Of a DNA stretch of 64,000 bases, positions 33,802 to 41,987 are shown piece after piece. Position 1 is the first letter of the stretch. Each line of letters begins with the position of its first letter. Source of the stretch: Armatimonadota bacterium. GTDB lineage: Bacteria; Armatimonadota; Zipacnadia; JAUWAU01. The position numbers and the translations under genes are program-made. The stretch covers positions 66,817 to 130,816 of the forward strand of contig JAUWAU010000016.1 in NCBI GenBank assembly GCA_030601885.1. Reading direction: 5' to 3'. The notes below the pieces were generated by a model that was not told the DNA's origin, did no database searches, and saw only the letters and a list, made by a program, of their open reading frames with translations.

Positions 33802-35208
33802 CTATGCTGCCGCCGTAGATGAAAGCTGTTGCGCCGACTTGTCACTGTTGCGATCCAGCCACTCGACGTACGCCAGCGGCGCCACTCGTTGGAAGAGCTC
33901 GGGAAAGTCAGCGCAGTGCGGCTCGTACAGGTCGCCGGTTTCCCAAAAGGCGCGCTGCGCGCAGCCGCCTCCGCAAAGCAGGGCGTAGGGACATTTCCGA
34001 CACTGTGGTATGTTCGCCACCGTCCGCGCACGCCATCGCTCGACCGCCTCGTCGTCCAGCTCTAGATCCGGCACATACCTGCCCAGTTTGCCCTCCGGCG
34101 TCCGCACCGCTTCCCAGCATGCATACACATCGCCGGATGGGTCGAACAGATACATGGCTCTATTGGCGCCGCAGAAGGACGGCTGCAGGCGCGGAAGGCC
34201 CGTCTGCCGCAGCAGGCCAAACACGGTTCTGCGTAAGCCGAAGTCTGTACGCAGACACGAGAGTTCGGGATGGCTGGCCTGCAATCGCTGAAGGCCCTGC
34301 ATCATCTCGACCGGAGAAAGAGTTTGCCGAGCAGTCGATGGGGCATACACCACGTGGCAGTACGGGTGGAAGTTTTCGTGTGCCGCCCATCCCTGCTCCC
34401 GATAGAAGCGGGCCAGCTCCGGTATCAGGCTCAGATTGCTGCGGTCCACGTTCGTCCGCAGGCTCACGTCCACGCCGGCTTGAAGCGCGAGGGCGATGTT
34501 GTCGCTGATAGCAGCGAAGGTGCCGCGGCCGTCAGGCCCAATGCGGCGCTGGTCGTGGATCGGCTGGGGCCCGTCCAGGGTGATTTGGATCTCCTCGATC
34601 TTGCCCGCCCCCAGCAAGTGGCGGTAGTGTGCCAACCCTACGCCATTAGTAGTGGCGTGCAAGGCATAGCCGGCCTCAGTGCTCCTCTGGACCATGTACT
34701 CCACTATCTCCAGATTCCGGGGCATCAGCGGCTCGCCGCCATACAGCGTGATTGGCGCCCGCTGCTGGTCCTCGGGCTGCAGCTTCTCGATGGCCCGGAA
34801 CGCAGCGTCCACCGTGGCCTCATCCATGTGCGTCTCGCCACGCTCGGCGTCACGCCCGTCACGCCCGGCCTGAATGCAGTAGGGGCAGCGCAACTGACAG
34901 TCGTAGGTCGGAATCAGGTGAAATGTGGTGTACCGCCGATCCCGCCGATGAATCGCATCGGCAATCCGGCACATCAAGTCCCGTTCCTCTTCGGGGGTCT
35001 TGTCCGTGAGATACCCCCGCTGACGAAGCTGCGCCGCCGTTTGGGGCAGAATGTCTTCCGGCGCATGGGCGCAGCCATCCGCTGCCTCTCGCAGGAACGC
35101 TGCCACCTCACTAGCGACAACATCCACCGCACCCGAATAGCCGTGCACCAGAAGAACGCGACCCGATCCGGGCAAATCCGCCATCATCGTGTAGTCGCTT
35201 GTCCGCAT
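33802..35208 (-). CDS. Radical SAM / SPASM-domain peptide-modifying enzyme with N-terminal RRE-like extension
   Basis: CQLRCPYC (CX3CX2C) sits about 104 aa from the favoured start, MRTSDYTMM. The full 7-Cys SPASM pattern is present: C-x12-G-x4-C (CGANRAMYLFDPSGDVYAC), CX2CX5CX3C (CRKCPYALLCGGGC), then PHC. The track ORF starts 108 nt further upstream. Confidence 0.85.
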   Translation of the reverse strand: MRTSDYTMMADLPGSGRVLLVHGYSGAVDVVASEVAAFLREAADGCAHAPEDILPQTAAQLRQRGYLTDKTPEEERDLMCRIADAIHRRDRRYTTFHLIPTYDCQLRCPYCIQAGRDGRDAERGETHMDEATVDAAFRAIEKLQPEDQQRAPITLYGGEPLMPRNLEIVEYMVQRSTEAGYALHATTNGVGLAHYRHLLGAGKIEEIQITLDGPQPIHDQRRIGPDGRGTFAAISDNIALALQAGVDVSLRTNVDRSNLSLIPELARFYREQGWAAHENFHPYCHVVYAPSTARQTLSPVEMMQGLQRLQASHPELSCLRTDFGLRRTVFGLLRQTGLPRLQPSFCGANRAMYLFDPSGDVYACWEAVRTPEGKLGRYVPDLELDDEAVERWRARTVANIPQCRKCPYALLCGGGCAQRAFWETGDLYEPHCADFPELFQRVAPLAYVEWLDRNSDKSAQQLSSTAAA

Positions 35209-35318
35209 GTGCACCACCGGGCGTTGACATCTCCCAACGGCCAAACGCCAAGCCGGGGCAGCTTTGTCTCTGCTGGCTCGTCCCACCGCGCCCAGCCCGT
35301 TGAGGTAACCAGGCACGT

Positions 35319-35870
35319 CTATGCGTCGATCCGGCCCATTAGAGCCTCGCTGAATTGAAACTGCTGTGTCTCGACTGCACGGTTGTCGAGCGCGGACAGG
35401 CTGGACCTCACACCCCTGGTCTGGCTCATGCTGCGGGACATGCTGGGGTCCTTGACAACCATTATGGCCGTGTACATGGGGGCTCCTTCCGTGCCCACCA
35501 CCAGCTTGTAGATGGCTGCGCGCTGGATGCCCGCCTGTTTGCCGTACTGCGCAAACGCCTGCTGCAAGTCCGCCTCAAGCTGGGCCTCCTGCCCCGCTTT
35601 TGGCTTCCAGTACTGAGCCATGATAACGGGGCTGGCACGAAGCTGTGCAATGGTAGGCGCGTTCGGCATCACCCGTTCGACGCCCGCAGCCCGTGTGGAC
35701 GGTGTCCGCGTCCGACCCAGCGGGCCCCGCCGCGTTCGCAGTTGTGCGGAGGCGCGCTTGGGAAGAATCAGCGCACCCAGACCGCCCAGCAGCGATCCGG
35801 CTAAGGCGCCCAGTCGTATGAGCGCCCGGCGTCGGGCACTGCCTGCCTTCGTCTTACGGTCCTCTGGCAT
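35319..35870 (-). CDS. Hypothetical exported small alpha+beta protein (ABM/Dabb-like?)
   Basis: The N-terminus is TAT-like (SARRRALIRLGALAGSLLGG). The C-terminal ~100 aa (VIMAQYWKPKAGQEAQLEADLQQAFAQYGKQAGIQRAAIYKLVVG...AIMVVKDP) resembles a ferredoxin-like monooxygenase/stress-barrel fold. It lies directly upstream of the rSAM gene on the same strand. Confidence 0.45.
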   Translation of the reverse strand: MPEDRKTKAGSARRRALIRLGALAGSLLGGLGALILPKRASAQLRTRRGPLGRTRTPSTRAAGVERVMPNAPTIAQLRASPVIMAQYWKPKAGQEAQLEADLQQAFAQYGKQAGIQRAAIYKLVVGTEGAPMYTAIMVVKDPSMSRSMSQTRGVRSSLSALDNRAVETQQFQFSEALMGRIDA

Positions 35871-36397
35871 CTCTCAATCCTCCTTGTGCTGGACTCGCTA
35901 GCACGACTGCATTTCAGACTAATTCGGCTTTCTTCTCGGCCGAGTCGTCACCTCCTCCGTTTAGGGCCATATGCACACCCTTGCCGGACTCGCCGACCGC
36001 CGCACAGCGGCGCTGTATGCCATGGGCATGGCTGTTAGGGTGAATTGTGAGCAGTCTAACAAAGGGGGTATTGTATGTCAACCGCCGCCGGTTAGCGCGG
36101 TGGGAACGGCAGTTGACCGGCGACGACGGGCAGCGATGGCGTTAGTCTCCCACCGGAGCTTTGTCCGACTTTTCCCGCCCACGCCAGGATCCAGTTCCGG
36201 CACGCCCATCTCAGTGGAATGCGTGCGTTTCGTCGCGTCACGGTCGTCCTCGCCTCTTCGAGGGGCAGGGCGCGGAGTACAACCTGATGCTGACCTTCGG
36301 CCCGGCAGTCTCGCTGGTGCACTGAGGCAGCTTGCTCGGGCAAAGGACAATCAGCGGCGCTCGCGGAACGACGCCCGGGGGAGGTGCGGCGCACACC

Positions 36398-37492
36398 ATG
36401 GACAAGCAATCGAAGCCACTCGCCTATGTGGAGGCCGGAGTGGACCAGGCGCGCGAGGCACGTGCCCTCGCCGGGCTCGTCGGCTGGCTGGCGAAGGCGA
36501 ACGAGCTCCGCGACGGGATCGGAACGTCGGTATTGCCCTCCGGCCACTACGCCACGGTGGTGGACATCGGGCACAACACCGGCCTGGCGCTCTGCACCGA
36601 CGGCGTCGGCACGAAGGTGCTCGTGGCGCAGCTCATGGGCAAGTACGACACCGTGGGCATCGACTGCATCGCGATGAACGTCAACGACCTGATCTGTGTG
36701 GGGGCCGAGCCCATCGCCATGGTGGACTACCTCGCCGTCGAGGAGGCCGACGAGGAGCTGCTCGAGGGAATCGGCAAGGGTCTGTACGAGGGGGCGAAGC
36801 AGGCCAACATCACCATCCCGGGCGGCGAGGTCGCGCAGCTCCGGGAGATCGTCAAGGGCGCGGTCCAAGGCAAGGGCTTCGACCTGGCCGGCGCCGCCTT
36901 CGGCCTCGTGCCGCTCGATGGCATGATAACGGGCGAAGACATCAAGCCGGGCGATGCGATAGTTGGGCTGGCCAGCAGCGGCATTCACAGCAATGGCTTG
37001 ACGCTGGCGCGGAAGGCGCTCCTGGAGCAACTGGGGCTTCGCGTTGACAGCCACGTGGCGGAGCTTGGGCGCACCGTGGGCGAGGAGCTGCTCGAGCCGA
37101 CGAGGATCTACGTCCGGCCGGCGCTGGAGATGCTGCGCTCAGACGCTGACGTCAAGGGCCTCGCGAACATCACCAGCGACGGCCTCACGAACCTGGCTCG
37201 ACTCTCGCGCGAGGTGGATTACGTCATTGAGGAGCATCCGGAGCCCCCGCCGATATTCCCGCTGATCCAACGCGCCGCCGGCGTGACGGACGAGGAGATG
37301 TACACGGTCTTCAACATGGGCGTCGGCTTCTGCGTGGTGTGCGCCGAAGGGGATGCGGACGCGGTCATCGAGATCGCTCAAGCGCACGAGATAGACGCGT
37401 GGAAGCTCGGCAGTGTGGAACAGGGAAGCGGACGGGTGATGCTTCGGACGCGGGGACTGGTCGGTGAGGGCGGGGAGTTCCGGCGGGTGTAG
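36398..37492 (+). CDS. purM: PurM-type AIR synthase (phosphoribosylformylglycinamidine cyclo-ligase) family protein
   Basis: Family blocks are YVEAGVDQ, LCTDGVGTKVLVAQ, GIDCIAMNVNDLICVGAEPIAMVDYLA, IPGGEVAQL, GLASSGIHSNGLTLARK and FNMGVGFCVV. The start is the ATG at 36398 (MDKQSKPLAY). Confidence 0.7.
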   Translation: MDKQSKPLAYVEAGVDQAREARALAGLVGWLAKANELRDGIGTSVLPSGHYATVVDIGHNTGLALCTDGVGTKVLVAQLMGKYDTVGIDCIAMNVNDLICVGAEPIAMVDYLAVEEADEELLEGIGKGLYEGAKQANITIPGGEVAQLREIVKGAVQGKGFDLAGAAFGLVPLDGMITGEDIKPGDAIVGLASSGIHSNGLTLARKALLEQLGLRVDSHVAELGRTVGEELLEPTRIYVRPALEMLRSDADVKGLANITSDGLTNLARLSREVDYVIEEHPEPPPIFPLIQRAAGVTDEEMYTVFNMGVGFCVVCAEGDADAVIEIAQAHEIDAWKLGSVEQGSGRVMLRTRGLVGEGGEFRRV

Positions 37493-37501
37493 GGCGAAAG
37501 A

Positions 37502-37524
37502 CACGGGTTGACAAGCAACCCGTG
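37502..37524. terminator. Hairpin between convergent genes (possible bidirectional terminator)
   Basis: CACGGGTTG-ACAAG-CAACCCGTG forms a perfect 9-bp stem with a 5-nt loop. It lies between the purM stop (37492) and the stop of 37550..38005. There is no clear U-tract. Confidence 0.35.
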
Positions 37525-37549
37525 CCACACGGCGGTGATGGCGGGGTGC

Positions 37550-38005
37550 TCAGCCTCGCCGCCGAATGACCTTCGCCAGTCGCACCTCGTTGCCCCGCTC
37601 GTTGTACACGACTTCGTCAGCGAGTCTGGTGATCAGCAGCAGCCCCCGGCCGGATGGCTCTGTGGGGGAGACGCTTTTCAGCGCCCTCCCCAGACGTCGC
37701 GCCACGTCGAAGCCATTACCCTCGTCCTTGACGCGCACGATCAGGCGCCCGTCCTCGCAGGCATGCGCGATCTCAACTCGCTTCCGCACGTCCTGCTTGT
37801 TGCCATGCATGATGGCATTGACCACGGCCTCGTGCACCGCCAATGTCATGTCGAAGGCCTCGCGGGGCCCGAGGCCGACATGCTCAACGAGCTCTCGCAT
37901 CCACTGCTTCACTCGCCCGAGTTGATCCAGGGCACTCGCGATTACCATAGCACTTCGAGGAATCGATACCCGTCTCACTTTGCTGTCATCAGTTGCGTCG
38001 CCCAC
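37550..38005 (-). CDS. Anti-sigma regulatory factor / Ser-Thr kinase of the RsbW-SpoIIAB type (HATPase_c_2)
   Basis: Family blocks are AVHEAVVNAIMHGN, VKDEGNGFD and GRGLLLITRLADEV. Confidence 0.7.
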   Translation of the reverse strand: MGDATDDSKVRRVSIPRSAMVIASALDQLGRVKQWMRELVEHVGLGPREAFDMTLAVHEAVVNAIMHGNKQDVRKRVEIAHACEDGRLIVRVKDEGNGFDVARRLGRALKSVSPTEPSGRGLLLITRLADEVVYNERGNEVRLAKVIRRRG

Positions 38006-38154
38006 ACGGCCGTACTCCGAGGGGATATTCCATATCTGACAGGCTCATTCCCAGCCCGGAGCTGCCATCGGCCGCCAGCCCCAGCTCTACAACGAGATCC
38101 TTCGCTCCCGAAGGTCGCTCAGGATGACGTTCGCCAGCACGCTTCCTCGTCGCA

Positions 38155-38862
38155 TCAGTCAATGCCATATATGCGCGCCAGATTGCGCCAGAAGATCAGC
38201 TCCAGCTCCTCTTCGGAGAAGTCCTGTCGTTTGATCGCCTCCACGCACAGCACGGGTATGGCGCCGGGGGCGTTGCTGCCGAAAACGATGCGCTCCGCTC
38301 CGACGGCCTCCACCGCGCGCTTGATGACGATGGGCTCCGCCGTCGCGATGGTCGTGCCCAGGTAGATGTTCGGGCATTTCTCCGCCGCAAGCACCGCTTC
38401 CGCCGTGTGAAGACGGTAGCCCATGTGGTCCATTATGACGGACACGTCGGGATAGCGCTCCGCCAGAGCGGCGATTTGCAGCGGCATCGCATTGTAGTCG
38501 CCCGAATGTATGTTGACTGGTATTCCCAGCTCCTGCACCTTTTCCATGATGGGGTCGAGAATGCGGTCCGTGGCCGCGTACCCGTGATAGGTGGGCATGA
38601 GCTTCAGAGCGCGCATGCCCAGCTCGGTGACGCACATCTCCAACTCAGCCACGGCCTCTTGTTCAAATCGCGGATTGACCTGACAGCAGCCGATGAACCG
38701 GTCATCGCCGGCGATCAGCTCAGCCACCATCCGGTTCGGCGGTCGAAACTTCGCCGACGGCATCCCCACCATCTTCTCGATCCCGGCCTCGTCGGCCCAG
38801 ACGAGCAGTTGCTCCCTCTCCTCGGGATCAGTGACGTACACCTCGAAATCGTAGATCTTCAT
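38155..38862 (-). CDS. Amidohydrolase-2 family metal-dependent hydrolase (TIM barrel)
   Basis: The ATG at 38862 (MKIYDFEVYV) follows AGGAGAG. Family blocks are VNIHSGD, IMDHMGY and VFGSNAPG. Confidence 0.6.
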   Translation of the reverse strand: MKIYDFEVYVTDPEEREQLLVWADEAGIEKMVGMPSAKFRPPNRMVAELIAGDDRFIGCCQVNPRFEQEAVAELEMCVTELGMRALKLMPTYHGYAATDRILDPIMEKVQELGIPVNIHSGDYNAMPLQIAALAERYPDVSVIMDHMGYRLHTAEAVLAAEKCPNIYLGTTIATAEPIVIKRAVEAVGAERIVFGSNAPGAIPVLCVEAIKRQDFSEEELELIFWRNLARIYGID

Positions 38863-38965
38863 CGCGCCGACTCTCCTGGGCTCCAATGCGATCGTCAAGG
38901 AGCCAGTGTCATTTCACCAGGCCGCGCTGCCGGTCCTGCGACGAACGGCACGACCCGCGTTGCCT

Positions 38966-40210
38966 CTATTTGGGAACTTGAGGGGTGACCGCGGTCGCGG
39001 CCGGTCGGGCCTCGGTCGGTGGCGTGCGCACGAAGCAAGCTGCGCAGGCATATATGAATGCCAGCCCTGCGGCCCCGAGGAAGACGGTCGCTGCGGAGAA
39101 GCGGGCCCACACGTAGCCACCGAGAGTGGGAATCGACATCGACACGGCATGATCCAGGGTTACGCTGAGCGCCAGCGATGGGGTCACGTCCTCCCGCTTC
39201 AGGGCGATCTTGTCGAGGTATGTCGTGCGTGCCATGCCGACGGAGAAGAGGAGCTCATCGCACACGTAACACAGACAGATCAGATACAGCGTCCAGTCGC
39301 CCAAGGGCAGGCGATCGCCGTAACCGTAGCCGAGGCACACGAGGATGAGCGCCAGGCCTTCGCCCACCAGGATGATGCGCTCGCCGACTCGGTCGATGAG
39401 CTTGCCTATTTGTGGCTGCAAGAGCACGCCGATGACGGCATTGATCATCCCCAGCTTTGCCAAGGTGGACGCCGGCTGCTGAAAGATGCGGACGAGCACC
39501 CATGGGCCGAAGGTGAGAAAGACCTGCTTACGGGCCCCAAAGAGTACGGACAGCAGATAATAGAGGCCATAGCGCCTCCGGAAGACCAGCGGCCGCTGGC
39601 GGGTGCGATCGACCGGCTCCGATCGCATGCGGAGGTAGACGGCGCTTCCGGCCAGGGCGAATACGGCGCCGGCGATGAATACCGCCGAGTAGGCGCCCGG
39701 CCAGTGCTCCGTGACGATCCACACGACGGCGCAGCCGAGAATCGTCGCCAGTCTCCTGGTGGCCCCCACCTGCCCCAGTCGCCGCCCCCGCTCCCCGGCC
39801 CGCGCTAGCTGCAGCGCGAGAGTACTGGAGGCGGGTTGCGCCAGGTGGCTGCCGGCACTCCAGACCATGAGCGCTGCAATCATGGGGCTGTAATGGCGCC
39901 CTACGAGGCCCAGGCCCAGCATTCCTGCCGCCACTCCAGCCGACGCCACCGCCCCCAGGCGTGATGCCGACAGAAAAAACAGACCGGCCCAAAACGCGGC
40001 GGCGAGAAACCCGGGCAGTTCGCGGGGGAACTCGAGGCGGCCCCGCGTTTGAGGGCCCATGTCGAAGGTGTCGCTGAGGAAGTTGTTGATGGTGCTGTGG
40101 AATACGCCGGCGGTTGCACCCACGCAGGCGATGGCGCCGAGGAAGATGAGCAATTGGGGATCGGCCGCGCGCACTCGCTCGATGGCACGGCCCAGTGGCG
40201 ATCTCAGCAT
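38966..40210 (-). CDS. MFS transporter
   Basis: 414 aa with about 12 hydrophobic segments and typical MFS loop charge patterns (RGRLEFPRELPG, GRRLGQVGATRRLA). Confidence 0.7.
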   Translation of the reverse strand: MLRSPLGRAIERVRAADPQLLIFLGAIACVGATAGVFHSTINNFLSDTFDMGPQTRGRLEFPRELPGFLAAAFWAGLFFLSASRLGAVASAGVAAGMLGLGLVGRHYSPMIAALMVWSAGSHLAQPASSTLALQLARAGERGRRLGQVGATRRLATILGCAVVWIVTEHWPGAYSAVFIAGAVFALAGSAVYLRMRSEPVDRTRQRPLVFRRRYGLYYLLSVLFGARKQVFLTFGPWVLVRIFQQPASTLAKLGMINAVIGVLLQPQIGKLIDRVGERIILVGEGLALILVCLGYGYGDRLPLGDWTLYLICLCYVCDELLFSVGMARTTYLDKIALKREDVTPSLALSVTLDHAVSMSIPTLGGYVWARFSAATVFLGAAGLAFIYACAACFVRTPPTEARPAATAVTPQVPK

Positions 40211-40293
40211 TCAAATGTACCAGGCGTCCGTGCGCCTGGGGCGGCTGCGCGCGAGTGGGAGCAGGGGCGCAGCGGATGGCCCTGGTGCTTCCG

Positions 40294-40476
40294 TCACTGT
40301 TCGGCCTGAAGGTCGTACAGTACCGTCCCGCTTAGCAGCTTCGGATAGAAATACGTTCCCTTCTGAGGCATCTGCTGACCGGCAAGGGCCACCTGCATAA
40401 CCTCATCGGGTCGCGTCGCGTTCACAAACAGCGCCATGGCCGCCTCGCTGGCATCCACGGACTGCATCGCCTCCAC
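40294..40476 (-). pseudogene. Possible C-terminal remnant of a DUF1015-family gene
   Basis: The C-terminal motif QMPQKGTYFYPKLLSGTVLY resembles the conserved DUF1015 end (MPxKSTYFYPK). Only about 60 codons remain, and there is no upstream continuation in any frame. Confidence 0.35.
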
Positions 40477-40848
40477 GGCATCGCCACCACGCGCGAGGTG
40501 TCTCGCACTATCTCAGCATCATCGTGCAGCCTCGCAAACGGCTTGACAACCGCCATTTCCCCAATCCTTTTCCCGCCGACACCGACGGCAGAGTATATCA
40601 GAGCCCCACCGCCGACGCAAGGACCGCGGCCGACGTAGGAATCTTCGCCGGCGGCGCGGAATAGGGAACCGTCCGGCCTGGGGTCTTGCGGTGGATGCGA
40701 GCACCAGGGGGATCCCGGATGACGGCCGACTCAGACCGCACGCTGTGTTGGCACAAGTATGCGCAGACGGCGCTCTGTAGGCCGCCAAGGCAGCGATATG
40801 CATACATCACAACGAGGGGCGTTCGGCTTCTCGAAAGGGGCACACGAA

Positions 40849-41538
40849 ATGCCGACTCTGAAATACCTGGGACACACCTGCTTCACGGTGACCGAGGGCA
40901 CAGACTCCGTTATCTTCGATCCGTTCCTGGAGGGCAATCCGCAGGCAATTGTTGGGCCAGACGACGTGGACGTGGTGGCCGTACTCCCCAGCCACGGACA
41001 CAGCGACCACATCGGCGACACGGTGCGGATCGCCAAGCGCTGCGATGCGCTCGTCATCGCTCCGTACGAGCTCGCCGTGTACTGCGAGCGGCAGGGCTGC
41101 AAGACACATCCGCTGCACATTGGCGGCGGCCGGGACTTCCCCTTTGGTCGCGTCAAGCTCACCATGGCGCTCCACGGCTCTGGCATCATGGAGGAGGAGC
41201 CCCCCATTTACACGGGTCCCCCGTGTGGGTTCATCCTCACCATGGGCGGCAAAACCATCTACTACGCGGGCGATACCGGGCTCTTTGGCGACATGAAGCT
41301 CATCGGCGACCTCAACACCATCGATTTGGCCCTGCTCCCCATTGGCGACAACTTCACCATGGGGATCGATGACGCGGTCCACGCGGTGAAGCTCATCCGC
41401 CCGGCGAAGGTCGTGCCGATGCACTACAAGACGTTCGATCCGATCATGGTGGAGCCTGAAGAGTTCGCTGAAAAGGTGGCAGCCCAAACTTCATCAGAGT
41501 GTATCGTAATGGAGCCGGGCGCGAGTATTGACATCTGA
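40849..41538 (+). CDS. UPF0173-type metal-dependent hydrolase (metallo-beta-lactamase superfamily)
   Basis: Family blocks are MPTLKYLGHTCFTV, FDPFLEGNP, LPSHGHSDHIGD, HIGGG, YYAGDTGLFGDM, LPIGDNFTMG and VPMHYKTF. Confidence 0.85.
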   Translation: MPTLKYLGHTCFTVTEGTDSVIFDPFLEGNPQAIVGPDDVDVVAVLPSHGHSDHIGDTVRIAKRCDALVIAPYELAVYCERQGCKTHPLHIGGGRDFPFGRVKLTMALHGSGIMEEEPPIYTGPPCGFILTMGGKTIYYAGDTGLFGDMKLIGDLNTIDLALLPIGDNFTMGIDDAVHAVKLIRPAKVVPMHYKTFDPIMVEPEEFAEKVAAQTSSECIVMEPGASIDI

Positions 41539-41625
41539 GGACGGCCACGCCTCCCCGAATCTGCCACCGAGAAAACGATCGCCATAGGTGGACCCTCGCG
41601 GGCTGCCCGTGCGCCGATGTCGGGC

Positions 41626-41838
41626 CTATGCGAAGGCATCCTGCGGGACCTTGTCCAGGTACGGCTCCTTCGTCTGCACCAGGTGCTCCCGCAGGCGGCG
41701 GTGCAGACGGCGCACGACCTGGCGGCACTTGCGCTCCTCGATCCGGTTGACGTTCTCGTCCGGATCATCGACCACGTGGTAGAGCTCGTTGAAGCCGTTG
41801 GACCGGTACACGTACTTCCACTCCCCCTGGCGGATCAT
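41626..41838 (-). pseudogene. Displaced 3' fragment of a sulfatase gene (paralogous to the 3' end of 45787..47346)
   Basis: The 70 codons are MIRQGEWKYVYRSNGFNELYHVVDDPDENVNRIEERKCRQVVRRLHRRLREHLVQTKEPYLDKVPQDAFA. The intact gene ends ...MIRQGEWKYVYRSNGFNELYHVVDDPDENVNLVEDRKYRAVVREMHRRLRDHLAATKEPRLDQVPQDPFA. Confidence 0.85.
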
Positions 41839-41847
41839 GGGCGCGCA
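41758..41847. repeat. 90-bp exact direct repeat (partner 45911..46000)
   Basis: ACGTTCTCGTCCGGATCATCGACCACGTGGTAGAGCTCGTTGAAGCCGTTGGACCGGTACACGTACTTCCACTCCCCCTGGCGGATCATG is identical at both positions. Confidence 0.9.
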
Positions 41848-41987
41848 CGTCCGCGCCGTGTCCTTCTTTCTCGGCCTCTCCTTCGGCTACATGGCCGCCA
41901 CAGTGGCCGCCGTGTGCGTCGCCTTCGCCGTCGGCAAGCCCTTCAGCTTCGGCGCCGGCCGGCGGTTGTACTTCGATATCTGATGCA

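Noticed and set aside
33705-34031. Upstream 109 codons of the 172-aa ORF containing the precursor-like peptide
   Set aside because: Most of this part overlaps the 3' end of the rSAM/SPASM gene out of frame. The remainder lies upstream of the RBS-preceded ATG at 33704. Its composition is Arg/Trp/Ser-rich and non-protein-like. Only the last 63 codons are kept.
33802-35208. The rSAM/SPASM enzyme as an anaerobic sulfatase-maturating enzyme (anSME) serving the many sulfatases in the window
   Set aside because: It is not fully excluded but is disfavoured. As I recall them, anSMEs carry the CX3CX2C cluster within the first ~25 residues. This protein has a ~100-aa RRE-like extension before the cluster. 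It is also followed by an RBS-preceded Cys-rich small ORF, and it is not adjacent to any sulfatase. A profile search or phylogeny is needed to settle this.
35971-37054. 358-aa plus-strand and 320-aa minus-strand ORFs overlapping purM
   Set aside because: They are an alternative frame and an antisense frame of the PurM-type gene, whose conserved blocks are unambiguous. The ORFs are Arg/Gly-rich.
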